A DNA stretch of 56,820 nt, filler included, from Sluysia triapertura (lineage: Eukaryota), in the NCBI GenBank assembly GCA_046118255.1. It is 3 parts of 3 records of this genome, joined end to end, with 100 filler letters (N's around TTAATTAATTAA, not from the genome) between each part and the next. Parts side by side here need not be neighbours in the genome. Positions count along the whole stretch, not along the records: positions 1 to 24,386 come from JBJNIA010194046.1; 2 more parts are not named here. One strand, given 5' to 3'. Position 1 is the stretch's first letter. Every line of letters begins with the position of its first letter. A model generated the notes under the pieces. The model did not search any database and was not told where the DNA came from. It worked only from the letters and a program-made list of their open reading frames with translations. The translations under genes were made by a program, and so were the position numbers. Positions 1 to 12,248 of the stretch are shown here, piece by piece.

Positions 1-1828
1 GTTTCTTATTTCAGAGGTCATTTGTCAAATAAATACGGAGTTCCGTAATGATATTCCAATATTTTCTCTTTTTCAACTCACCCTATTACGCATCATACGA
101 ATTTTATCTTCCAACATACTGATGCTTATTATAATGATGATGGATAGTTTTAATAATCATAGTAGCATTAATTTTAGATTAATTCGTTTAATAATACCTA
201 CGTGAAATTCTGATTATTACATGTTACTATAATTTAGTAACGAATATCAATTGGCAGTTTTTCAATATCTTTCTGAGACGATATTGTGTAGTCTGTTATT
301 CACAAGTATTTCTACAAGGTGCTACAGTTTGTTATTTTATAACTGAACTAGAATTTAGAGACATTAAGTATGTTATTAATGTTAAATTTAAATTAGCAAG
401 TTCATTAACAAATGCGTGACATAAAATAATAATGAACCTGATCGTAATAAAGAAACATCTGATTGCTACAAACCAAATGATGTAATTCTATCCCTTGTAA
501 TTCGTGCTAAACTAGCCAGTTTTTACATTACCCATGATTCACGTAACCTTAATTTATGTTTATAAGATTATAATTTTTATTCGTTTCACAAATATTTTCC
601 ATTTTTCAACTTGTATAATTAAACTAAAATTAATTTATTATTTGTTGCTATATTTTAAGCGTAAAATAAATTTATTATGGATACTTCATTTGTTAACAGA
701 TAAAACTAATGTAATAACTGTAATAGATTTTGGGTTTTTAATGAAAAGTATTGAAAGTCTTAAATAAAACCTTTGTAAATATTCATACTCAATGTAATAG
801 TAAAATCAGGTAGTAATATTCATACATCTTTTAATAAAAATTCTTGATAAAGTTTACACAATTTTAAACTCCAATTCAGTATAGACTATCCAACACAACA
901 ACTTGAAAAAACGTTATTATTAATCATTTCATTACTAGAGATTCAAAACTTCTTACACATGTATGTTTACCTACGATATGAGTCAGCATCATGCTGGTAT
1001 TTTCTTATATTTTGCAAATTGATTATTTAATTCTAATGGTTGGCTTACGATGTACGCTTTAATCCTAATTCGTAAGTAACAGCACATACACTTAAAAAGA
1101 TTTTCTTGTAATTGAAGTATATGCGTATATGTACTCTTTTCTTGTAATTAATAACAAAAACTATGAATCTATGGTTTATTATACTTCTGAGGGATTTTTC
1201 TGATAATTAACTTATGTTCTAACTTTCTTATATTACTTATCTATAAACCTTATTCTCTTCAAAGGTTAATCTTAGTGTAGGTGCCTAATTCGAGAAAGAA
1301 CTCTCTTGTATGTAATTCCTAAAAGATTCACCTCCTTACTTTTTAATTTATTTAAGAATATAAAACTTTATATTTATGCTTCTTTTTATCTAAGTATTTG
1401 TTATTACTTTATATTTTAAAAATCAATAATATATTATATTCAACTCGGTTAAAATTGCCTTATTTAGTTTAACGACTGCTTGTAAATTCTAAATATCAAT
1501 CAAAATTTTATGTTTAATTCAATGGAACTTGACTTCGTCAACTTAATAATTACTTTAAAAAATCAACGAAATCAGACAAAACTACAAAATATATTACGAA
1601 AAACGAGAAATATGTTACAATTTATTTCAAATAATAATTAAAATAAATTAAAATTATTATTAGAAAAGACTTCTAAAAATGATAAGATTTTAAAAATGGT
1701 TTTATGTCTAGCCGAAACTAAACGTGATGATTAAAATTTTTAGTTGTAATTTTATTTCTTCTAACAGATATTAAACTTAACATAAAAAGCTTACTGATAC
1801 TTCCTTGAAAAACTTTTGATAAATTTAA

Positions 1829-2326
1829 ATGAGATTTTTGTATCCGCTCAGGAAATCGATTGTATGTTGATTACTCAATAGCTCCAATTATCGCCGACGA
1901 AATTGCGTTACCAAATTAAACTACAAAATCTGCTAAGTAAGTTCTTTTTATTTTTCAGACAATGAATTGTGATTATCTTGTGACCTCAATGGTCTACTTA
2001 TATAATTAGTAAGAAATGATTACTAATATTATTAATATTTATTTATATTTTTAGATCACCAATGAATGAAGAAGAATATATCCAGTAAGTTTGTTATTAA
2101 TATTTCTTTTTAGAAATAATGATATATTTTAAGGTTAAATAAGGTGAGTTTTCTTTTTATTATTAATATTATTTATCATTATTTCCTATTTTTAATATTA
2201 TTATTTTCAGATCAGGTTTCTCTACCTCGACAATCGTATATGCAACTTCTTGATAATCAACAAATTATGGTCATCTTTAGACCCCTTCATAACTTTCAAA
2301 CTGATTTAATTCCATTCGGTAACTGA
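1829..2326 (+). pseudogene. Probable decayed multi-exon gene with very short introns; product unknown
   Basis: Four GTRAG...YAG intron-like segments at 1937-1958 (22 nt), 2009-2054, 2085-2113 and 2144-2210. No single open spliced frame could be reconstructed. Confidence 0.3.
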
Positions 2327-4910
2327 TACTCACTAAATTATCATATCGATCCCGACTATCATCCAAAACTCATATCTTTAAATTTTCAAAAGCTAAAATC
2401 TAATGACATGCTTTCTCAACAATAAATACTAACGTAAAATTAAATTTATTTCACGCTAGATCCACATCAAAAAGAACTTTGAAGGTTTTAGTTTTATTAG
2501 TATAAGTAATTATATCAATATATCACTATTTTTTTAATAAGCTTGTGCATTACTGTAGCTTTGGAATTATTTCAGTTACAAATATAAGAAATTATATTTC
2601 AAAGGAAAAAATTAATTTAGTTAAATAAGGATAACAGAAAATTTAAATACAGTCATTAGACTTTGGGCTATTTCTTGAAACAGACATTTTTAATAGAATA
2701 ATCGATTAACTAAAATTAAATAACAAGTTTACATTATTAAGTTCGTAATTATTTACCAATCATTAAATTGGTAAGTGAAAAACACAAATTACGTAAGCAA
2801 AGAGGTACCCCCTCATCGAAAAAATTCTATAGGTACACCACTCAGAGTATAAATCGTGTACTATAGACGAACCCTTATTTTAAGATTATTTTCTAAGTTA
2901 ATTTTCAAATAAAAGAGCTTCCAAGATTTGGCGTTCGAATTGGAATCACAAGATTAAGGTTCTAATATATTTTTATAAGTTTTTAGGAAATCTTAAGTAA
3001 ATAAATTATAAATTGCTGAATTTTAAGAAGTTGTATTAAGATTAATTTTACGTAAGTTGTTACTTTTAAAATAAATTAAAAGTTTTTATTGCTAGATTTA
3101 AATAGGTGTGATATTATACGTTGATAGGTATTTGATAGGTTAAGTCTTATTGATTCATGCGTAGTATAAGAAGTTTATTATTATTAAAACTATCGTATTT
3201 ACATTAGTATAAGAAGTTTATATTTAAGTGTTATTTGATAAGTTGGAATAAGTGTTAACATATTGTAATTAAGTTTTTATACTATGTTATAAATTTTACT
3301 ATTTTGGAATATTTAGATATTATATTAGATAAATTATATTTTAAATATTAAATATAATTTATGGACGTCGAATGAATTTCATAGTGATTCTTCCTAAGTC
3401 AAATTTTTAGGTAGATTAGGTAAACATTTAGGTAAATTTTGTAATATTTTAATGCTGATAAGATACTTGTTTGCTGATAAGTGATTGGGTTTCCGCTTTC
3501 AAAGTGAGATTGAAATGATTTGATTTTATGTTCGATCTTCTTTAATAGGATCTACAGAAAAATGTATTTTATAATCCTATATTAAAAAGCGGTAAAGAAT
3601 ATAGACGTTTTAAAATTGTTTGAAGTTATGTAATTTGATAGATTAGAGTTCCGAAATGTCGCGAGATTATATAATGTGGTTTATTGTAGGATCCCCTTTT
3701 AAATATGATCAAAAATGATAAAGTTAATACCGTTATAATAATTAATAATTAATACCGTTATGTAAAAAATAACTCTGTAAAAATAATTTACAAAAAGGAA
3801 ACAATCGCTAAAAATACAATAGGTAATTTTAAAAATAGGATTATTCTGGTTGTAAATGTTAAGATTTTAAAAGAATATTAATAATAATATATTAATATAT
3901 TAGTTGGTTATCCTAATATAATAATCGAGTTTAAATATGATTTTAAAACTACCTTTACACTAATTATAACGTTTGTATGAATTTAAGTAGTATTTTAAGA
4001 AGACAAAATAAAACCTTTATAAAAGCTTACTATCATTCTCCGCAAGTTTAGAAGAATAGTCCTGAGCTCCAACGAAAATTGTTTCATTATTAGAATCGGG
4101 ATTATTTTTATTCTCGTTCTCGTTGTAATGTAATTATGTTATTAAAGCCTTGCTAATTTGAGCGATCTTATATAGTGACAAATATTATTCATAATTAGGT
4201 TATTTAATTACACAGATAAAATATTTTGGCAATATAGATAATTTATATATATTTTTAATTATATATTTTTCTAATTATATTTTTAATTTAATTACATAAA
4301 CAATTATTTTCATAATATTAATAATTTGACATTATTATTGTTAATGTTACTGTTAGATGACCATTTATCCTGATAATAATAATAATAATGATAATAATAA
4401 GTAAAAAATAATAAAAAAATGCGAAAACATAAATGAATATTTTAAAGACATAATAATTCATTCTTAATATAGTGATTAAAAGATAAAATGGTGATTAAAA
4501 GATAAGTGATTGGTCATACATCACTGGTTTCAAAATTCTGCAATTGACTACTAGAAAATTAAAATATTATATATATGTAACAATACGTAACAATAATATT
4601 TATAGCTATTCAATTGTGACTATCATATTTATAACTGTTACTACTCAATTTGATATAATAATCACATTTATATTTATTTGACTATCTGTTTAAATTTTAT
4701 TGATTTATTTTTTTAATTACATTTATTTTATCTCAATTATAATTATCTTGAAATTTTGTAAAGAATTTTAAAGGTATGTTTAATTTTTGTAATTTTTAAA
4801 TCTTATTTTCATTAAACTTATCATTTTTAAATTATTTTAAACAAATTATTATTAAATTAATGTGATCCAATTATTTTTGATTATTTTTAAATTTTAAAAT
4901 ATGTTATTTT

Positions 4911-4942
4911 GTTTTAATCTGACCTCAAGGTCAGATTAAAAC
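4911..4942. repeat. Near-perfect palindrome with 15-bp arms
   Basis: GTTTTAATCTGACCT-CA-AGGTCAGATTAAAAC. Confidence 0.9.
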
Positions 4943-5429
4943 TACTATGTATACCACAGAGAAAAATCACAAAAAACACAAGAGCAAAATTTGTTTAAAA
5001 AATCTATTTCTTGATTTTGATTTTTCGGAGCAGCTATTTTAAATTACTTGGAAAAAACAGTTTTTCGATTTATTGGATCACGTTAGATTGATTTTTTTAA
5101 GGTAGGATATTCTCCGAATACACTCAAAATCACTATTTTAAATTCTGGATCTTATAAAGATCTATAGCAAAATCATTTCTAAACTTTTAGCTTGTAAATA
5201 AACTAATTATATTTAGTTTAGTGTAAATTTTTGATATATTATAACTATCTTGTAGTTTATCTTACATTTTGTTAATAAATCGTTTAATCTTTGTTTAATA
5301 TTTATTTTCATAGTTTTAAAATCCCTAAATCAGTAAATTAAAAAGTTTTCGCACACTAGAAGTTAAGTCTAGTTGGTAACGGAATTCTCGTAACATTACT
5401 ATTTAAAATTACTGAATTTAACATATAAT

Positions 5430-5612
5430 TAAATTTTTCTAAAACATTTGCCTCCAGAGCTAAGGTGTTAGGTAAAACTTCTATAGTCTAAGTCGAACAT
5501 CTTTTCTTACTATTAAAATCCAACGGCTGGCCCTCGCTGGTAAGCCCAGTACGTTGGTGAACTCAGGTTGACTTTAATTTTAATTTATTCTCAATTAAGT
5601 AAATTTCTTGCA
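5430..5612 (+). mobile_element. 3' (U5) part of Gypsy-type LTR, family A
   Basis: AAAATCCAACGGCTGGCCCTCGCTGGTAAGCCCAGTACGTTGGTGAACTCA matches the reverse complement of ~6977-7027 and ~52314-52364. The latter copy abuts a PBS and gag. This copy ends ...TTCTTGCA. The left boundary is approximate. Confidence 0.6.
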
Positions 5613-5755
5613 ATTTATAAATGTTAAGATTGTTCAAATTCCACGAATTTGCAAGCTAGCTTAATCTTATTGTAATCTTATTTATATACATCTGTGACCA
5701 AATTATTAGACTAAAACAGGAAAAATATATTTTTCTTTGGTTTTCTTAATATTTT

Positions 5756-6034
5756 CTACCGTGGCCTGGAAACTCTCAAATATGAATCCCGTGGAAAATC
5801 TGTGGGAGATTGTCAAAAGAAGAGTTTTGACCACAAACCTATTGTAACCCTGGCCTCACGATTACGAGATCAAAGACTTTTACTACAAATCAAATTTGTA
5901 CATATTTGATTTGTAGTAAATTGTGTTATCATTCTACATGAATAAAATTTCTGCATGTTTGAATTTTTATTATTTTACTTTCACCAGAATTTTTTTGAAA
6001 AATTAGTTATTTTCCAACATTTTCAGTGACACTG
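5756..6034 (+). mobile_element. Tc1/mariner transposon remnant: transposase C-terminal motif plus probable right TIR
   Basis: Frameshifted LPWPGNSQ/NMNPVENLWEIVKRRV matches the Tc1 WPxxSPDLNPIENLW motif. The end ...CCAACATTTTCAGTGACACTG resembles a Tc1 CAGTG terminus. Confidence 0.7.
5879..5920. repeat. Near-perfect 42-bp palindrome inside the Tc1 remnant
   Basis: TTTACTACAAATCAAAT-TTGTACAT-ATTTGATTTGTAGTAAA. Confidence 0.9.
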
Positions 6035-6938
6035 TTTTTATACACTTTTGATTAATAGTTTCATAATATCTTTGAAAGATGTTGAATTTTATCACTAAAA
6101 TGGTTTAACATTTTGTATTATAATTGTACATAATTTTTTCGTCATGATTGTTAGTTAATGTATTTTCATTATTTGCTTCTTTTCTTTTAATAATAAACAT
6201 AAAGTTAACATAATAGAATTATAAAGCGCTAATAATATAATTTATTAAAAAGACAGTTAATTTGTTAACTAAAGAATTTCGAAGCAAATCTTTTGAAGAT
6301 CGTTCTTCCGTTGAATACGTCTTTTAAAATATAAACTGTATAACGTAGGTGGACTCAATATAATAAAATTATTTTATTTTGCTTCAATTTTATACAAAAA
6401 ACAGCATTATTATTATTATTAGAATTAGAATTATTTTTAATTATATTTATGTTTAATAATAAGAATATCACTAATCCATTTATATACAAGAAGAGTGCGA
6501 CTTATCATATAAGTTATCTATTTTATAAACAATAATATTATTTGTCTCAATATTTATAATCATTATTAATGAAAATTATTATTATTTGAATAGAGTTTAT
6601 ATTGAATTATAATTAATTTTTATTCTACAATGATAGTTTTCAATTTCTTTAATATTTATCTAATCATCTAGTCTATTTTTTCATAAAGTACATTTATTAT
6701 TATATTTAATTGTTAAATAGTTATGTAATTTATATGTAAAAAAATGAAATTAAAACAAGATAATAAACTTAACTATCAAACTTTGTTGTATACCCTTGAA
6801 TGAAAAGTTTGAAATTGTAGCAAATTAGTTCAAAAAAGTATCTAGTTTATAAATTGAGATTGTATTAAATATAGACTAATATGACTCAGTAATAACGCAT
6901 GATACAAAAATTACACATAAATCACATTTTATGAGAAA

Positions 6939-7493
6939 TGTAATGTAAAAGTAATAGAATAAAATAATTATCAAGGTGAGTTCACCAACGTACTGGGCTT
7001 ACCAATTAGGGCCAGCCATTGGATTTTATAAATCAAAGTAAAGTCTATGCTTTAAAGCTTAAACCTACCTGGAGGTAAATTTGTGTGCTCTGTAGTGGCT
7101 AACACTCATAATTCAAAATTATTCAAAATTTCTTGATCAATATTTATAAATTAAATTCCACTAAAATTCAAATTTTAAAATAATCACACGTTTTTACTTT
7201 CGAATTACATCAATACCCTATAAAATGGTATCGTACGTTAAAGACGAATACCAAATTTACGAATTCATTTTTAAAATTTAGCTTAAAATACTATTCAAAA
7301 TTAACTTCTATAACCACATACTCTATAAAGAGAATTACAGTTTTGTTTGGCCGTGTTGCAGGAATTAAAGACTTCTGCTTAAGGCACTTTTTAATAAAAT
7401 ACTTAACAAAATTAAACACTAAGGTAAAAAATATATTCATTAAAATTCATAATATTAATATGTTCGTTTATAAGAACTTTCTTTTTCATTACA
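6939..7493 (-). mobile_element. Solo LTR, family A (~555 bp)
   Basis: Termini TGTAATGTAAAAG...CTTTTTCATTACA form a 12/13 inverted match with TG..CA ends. It contains the family A GC-rich hairpin shared with the gag-linked LTR at 52280. No TSD is recognisable. Confidence 0.6.
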
Positions 7494-7599
7494 ATAATTA
7501 TTGTTGTACCGCGTGTTGACCTTCAAAGACCTTTACTTGAATAGCCCTTAAGAATGTTAATATAATAAAACAATTGCACAATGTTACTGTAACATCGAT

Positions 7600-8990
7600 C
7601 AATTCTAGCCGGATTCTGAGCCCTGGTGACACCGAGTCGACGACTTCGAGAGATTTTGAGTTGCCATAGTTAATTTTAAATTTTGTACCCGTATTTTGGT
7701 GCGCGGATTTCTATTTCTTTTATCACTCACTATTGTAAACCGATAATCTTTAGAATCCGATAGTAAAGCTGATTTATCAATACTGTTATTTTCATTATTT
7801 ATCTGTTTTATGGAACATATATATCGGTCAATAATTTTAACGATTTCGTTCTTGAATAACAGTCTCTACATTTTGCTCCAATGCAGTGGAAGGGCTAAAT
7901 AAAACATGAAAAACATCATGAGCTAAATGCACTTCGACAAACTCCACGCCCAATTTGAGAGAAACAATATCAGCTTGTTCTTATAATAGACGATGCTTAA
8001 TTTCATTATTTTCAACAATATCCAAATCCATGCGACTTATGTGGGATAGAGTAGCAAAACCAGAATCAAAAGAAATAATTGAAAGCGTCAATTTATTTCG
8101 TTCTACATTTTTGGCTGAATAATCAATTGGAATAGGTTTATTAAATTGACACTAATATATTAAATGTGCGTCAATAAAATACCCAAAATTCTTATTTAAA
8201 TCATCAAAATCTTTAAAAATTTGAACTTCAAAATTTTGAAATGATTTTATTTCATTTCATATTTCCAACAAACTAGCCAACAAATTCAGAAACTTTTGCA
8301 GTTTTGATCAATTTGTAGTTTCAGTGATCAATAGTAACTGGACTTCATTAGAACTTAAATATACTTTATATTCTTTAATATTTAAACTATTTTCGCTTGA
8401 AAATGGTAGTTCAAATAATTCAAATATCGAATTTTTCATGCATTCATTCTATATTACAGCACTAAATTTAGTATAAATGGAACATTTATTTTCATAAATT
8501 TCTAAATCTTTGGCATCTTTTAGCCAATGACTCGATTTTAATTTTCCAATTTCAATTTACTAAGAGGTTTAGCACTAAAATAAGTACCAAGTTCTTCGTC
8601 TGTCATGTATCTTGGCCATTGGTCAGTATCTATAAAAATGGGGTTCTCGGGAATATTTAAATTCCTTTAGACATGGATCAATGGACGACTTTCTTGCACT
8701 GTCATTTTGTCACTGTTATCTACGTCTTTAAACTTGCAGCTATTGTACAATGTCACTTCTTCATAAGATGAGATTGTTAAAGATGATTCCTACGTGTTCC
8801 CATACGTGTTCATATAAAATTTCGAAAATAATGATTTCAAATTTATTTCATAAAAATTTATAAAACCATCAATTTTGCTCATAACAATTATCCTATATGT
8901 AGGAGAATCAGCTAAACAGGTCAAACCTGGTATTTTTGCCACAGTTTTAACAAGTAATAGATCTTTAATGTTCAAACAAAACAATAATAG
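7600..8990 (-). pseudogene. Decayed protein-coding sequence of unknown family
   Basis: Long protein-like frames (e.g. NIPENPIFIDTDQWPRYMTDEELGTYFSAKP; FDSGFATLSHISRMDLDIVENNEIKHRLL*EQADIVSLKLGVEFVEVHLAHDVFHVLFSPS) broken by scattered TGA/TAG/TAA codons and frameshifts. Confidence 0.55.
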
Positions 8991-9454
8991 TAATAAAAAC
9001 ATAAAATAATATAATGATAATAAGAAAAAAATAAAAATAAAAATAATATATTGAAAATTGTTTATTTTTACAAAAATAGTAAAATGCAGACATTATAAAT
9101 AAATTACAGTGAATTAGGAAAACCCAGTTTAAAACCAATAGAATATATTAATAAAGTAAGGCAATAATTCACTAGATGATATATTTAATTCGTTTAATTC
9201 CAGATGTGTCATCAAAATTTGGAATTTTATAACCACCTTGACAACAAAAGAAATCATTTGCTGGCCGAATTTTCAAAGAATCAAACAATTATAAAATGTC
9301 ATTTAAAAATTAACGATAATAACACTAATATTAACAATAATAACAATAGTAATAATAAATCACGAAAAATCAGAACTGGACCATACCAAAATCGCGACTC
9401 CGGCAAAAGCAATCATGAAAATTCACAACTATATAGTACAATCTTACAACTAAA

Positions 9455-9779
9455 TGTAATACCGGAGTAGCGATGTATCCTCTAGATGCGGCAACAAAAG
9501 TAGAACAACGACTGTGACGAAGTTTCACTACTTACTTCCTAGTATGTACTACTGATTCTACATAGCGTTAAAATTTTAGCTGTGGTTTATTATTTCAAGC
9601 CTATGAATTTCGGTTGGAAATGTTTATGTAATAAACTGAATTTAAGTTTATGTTTGAGTATGTATGTGTATCTAAGCGATGAGAAAGTGAGAAGTCTGAT
9701 AAGTGTTGAACACCACAGTTGGGTATCTAATGTGGCCGCCACAGGTACTCAAAGTTTTACGTTTTTTATGTCTTATGCA
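9455..9779 (+). mobile_element. Possible LTR followed by a degenerate PBS
   Basis: TGTAAT...TTATGCA with an internal AATAAA and a GC-rich hairpin TGTGG-CCG-CCACA plus ACTCA near the 3' end. TGGTAG follows at 9789 after a 9-nt spacer. Confidence 0.3.
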
Positions 9780-10616
9780 GTTTGATATTGGTAGTTCAAA
9801 AATGAAAGTAGATATGATTGAAATGATTATCAATGATTTAAAATTCAAACTGAAGGAACGAATAGATATAAAATTCATAGAAATGTTTTGGCTAGTAGAA
9901 TCCAAACGATTTCTAAGATTAGGTTTTCAGGCACATTCATGCTTGACTCTCTTTATAAAACTCTTGCAAATACTTAATGTAAATACATACTATTTTTGAA
10001 TTGTATAATTTCGGAAATATTAAAGTTTTTCATATCACATATGTTACAAAAATTCTAAGATCGATTTTAACTTGACCATTGTTAATAACTGTCTTTTTTA
10101 ATTTTTTATTTTTAATGCTAATAACCAATCATTTTTTATTTAAGATCTTTAGTAAATTTTTAAAAATTAATGAAATTAATGAAAATAATAATAATGCAAA
10201 ATTAATGAAAAATAATTTAAATTTCTAAAATATAATTTTATGTTTCGATAAAAAAATAGTAATTAAAAATATATTTTAAAATTATTTCAAAATTATTAAT
10301 GATTTTGACATTAGTTAATTAATAAAATAAACAAATAATAACAAAATGTTTACACTTAACTATGAACATGTTAAAAGTTTTATTTTCTTTTTTGTATATT
10401 TTATAATTTAAAAAGAGGAAATATATAAATTTTTATTAATGAGGACACTGTTTAAATATTATCAAACAAATCCTTTGATGTGCATAATTTAAAAGATTTC
10501 AAATAATAACTGTAAATATAATGAAAAAAATATTTTTAAAATAATGATAAGGTAAATATCATAATTTTCAGTTTAAGTTTATAGCTTTATTTTATACTGT
10601 TTTATTTTAAAATACT

Positions 10617-12008
10617 TTATTTATTTGGGGTGGTATAAATGATTGGGATCATGTACTGATTTAGTGGTGTGGTCAGTTGGTCGAGCTTTGAAATACATCT
10701 ATTGACAACTTTTAGGTTTGTAGTTCTATTAAAAGTCGTGAGCTTGTTCAGAGTAAAATCCATTTTTAATGTTGCAGGGATTAAGTTACTTATTACAAGA
10801 AAGTTACAGTAAATGTTGCTGTTTAATAGTTTAAAATACATCATTTGACTGTTAACATTAAATTTTCTTATGTCAATTTTAGATTTTGCTATTAGCGTTT
10901 TACTTATCTTGTTGTAAATAAATAAGATCTTGCAACACAATGAACAGAAAGTTTTATTAATTATATAATAATATTTATCAATAAATTTCAAATCGCGATA
11001 CAGTTTCAACTTGATCACCAGGTTATTCTTTACTGCACCGAGCGCTGCTCCGTGATACCAGACCTCGCATCTGTATTCTAAAAAATATAGTGTGATAAAA
11101 TTAGGAATTAAATATAAAAGATCAAAATTTACTAAAACTGTTTCAGCAGAAGATCTGTCAGTAGAATTCGAAAGTAGCCAAAGTGTAGTAAGACATTCCT
11201 TGTCCATACTGGTAACACTACCGAATGAATTTAGTAAGTCCAATAAAGTTCCGTCCATAGTCATGCCTGATACAAGTAAATATCGATCGATCACTAAAAG
11301 ACATGACACAATATCCTGACGATCATTCAACTTTAATCCGCTACGAAACTTTAGTCTTGGTAATTCTTGACTACCTGCTTTTTCTATCATTCTGTTACTC
11401 ATAGTAATGATGTTCAAGAACGCTGAAGTACATGTATGTTCCAATTTTGGACATTCATCAACTTGTGGATTTTCTGTCGATTGTCGTGAACTACTTTCAA
11501 TATACTCAAATAGTTCAATGGCAACGATCTTTTCCTGGGACTCGTTAGTCAGTCTTGCATATTGACTCCGCAATCTGATGATCAAACCCTTTAATTTAGT
11601 CGCTTGAAAAAAGTAAGGATAAGTAATTTGAATAAACAAAATTGATTCTTGGGATAACGGTTTGTATGAGTTACTACCGATAGACATATGTAGTTTAGCA
11701 ATTATATCGTGCACGATTATTCGAATAATGAAATTAAAATCGATAAATTTTACTTGATAGCGTTCGCAAATTAATTTACAAAGTTTTTGCATAAGAAATT
11801 GATCGGTGGATGATTTATATTGTCTCATATTACGCAGTAATTGCGACATTTTATGGTGTGTAGAACCAGAGAATTCCGAGTGAGAGAGTACTAGAGCAAC
11901 TCGAGGTGCATGTTGTTGACTTGATAAAACTAATTTCGATGACACTAACTGAAGTTTTTGAAAACAAATATTAAAATTGAATTGATTACGGAATAGATGA
12001 GTCTGCAT
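10617..12008 (-). CDS. 463-aa orphan protein, probably the surviving part of a longer frameshifted ORF starting near 12200
   Basis: 1.39-kb stop-free frame in very AT-rich DNA with locally higher GC. No recognisable domain. The upstream 12065-12248 region is homologous to 31392-31590. Confidence 0.7.
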   Translation of the reverse strand: MQTHLFRNQFNFNICFQKLQLVSSKLVLSSQQHAPRVALVLSHSEFSGSTHHKMSQLLRNMRQYKSSTDQFLMQKLCKLICERYQVKFIDFNFIIRIIVHDIIAKLHMSIGSNSYKPLSQESILFIQITYPYFFQATKLKGLIIRLRSQYARLTNESQEKIVAIELFEYIESSSRQSTENPQVDECPKLEHTCTSAFLNIITMSNRMIEKAGSQELPRLKFRSGLKLNDRQDIVSCLLVIDRYLLVSGMTMDGTLLDLLNSFGSVTSMDKECLTTLWLLSNSTDRSSAETVLVNFDLLYLIPNFITLYFLEYRCEVWYHGAALGAVKNNLVIKLKLYRDLKFIDKYYYIINKTFCSLCCKILFIYNKISKTLIAKSKIDIRKFNVNSQMMYFKLLNSNIYCNFLVISNLIPATLKMDFTLNKLTTFNRTTNLKVVNRCISKLDQLTTPLNQYMIPIIYTTPNK

Positions 12009-12064
12009 CGTAAAATCATATAATATGAATGTTGTTTCTTGTGCAATATGTTGAATTAAATTTA

Positions 12065-12248
12065 AGGTGTTTTAAATTAATTTTTTTAAGTAAATGTTTG
12101 ATGACTTTCGATATCGAATATGACTTTGATGCTATGAAATTTTATGTTTAGAGTGTTTGAAAGTATTAAGAATTGTGAAATGTTGTGAAGAGTGATTTTG
12201 TTGTATGTTATTAAAATAAAATTTTAAAATGTTGGTTTGGTCATCACA
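12065..12248 (-). repeat. Dispersed repeat family D copy (TGTG(G/A)TG terminus plus KIT(F/L)HNIS-coding segment)
   Basis: Clear nucleotide homology to 31392-31590 and 20150-20252. Confidence 0.75.

Noticed and set aside
534-767. Short I/L/F/K/N-rich ORFs (this one and many 60-100 aa entries)
   Set aside because: These are expected by chance in very AT-rich DNA. They have no motifs or splice support, and many start at non-ATG codons.
7600-8990. Stop-codon reassignment as the explanation for in-frame stops
   Set aside because: All three stop types occur together with frameshifts, and the intact Nudix, LIM and RING genes end in TAA. Ordinary decay fits better.
11092-11319. Plus-strand ORF; also 53590-53916, 55534-55752, 55712-55900, 48754-48972 and 28232-28498
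   Set aside because: These are shadow or alternate-frame ORFs overlapping better-supported coding sequence.
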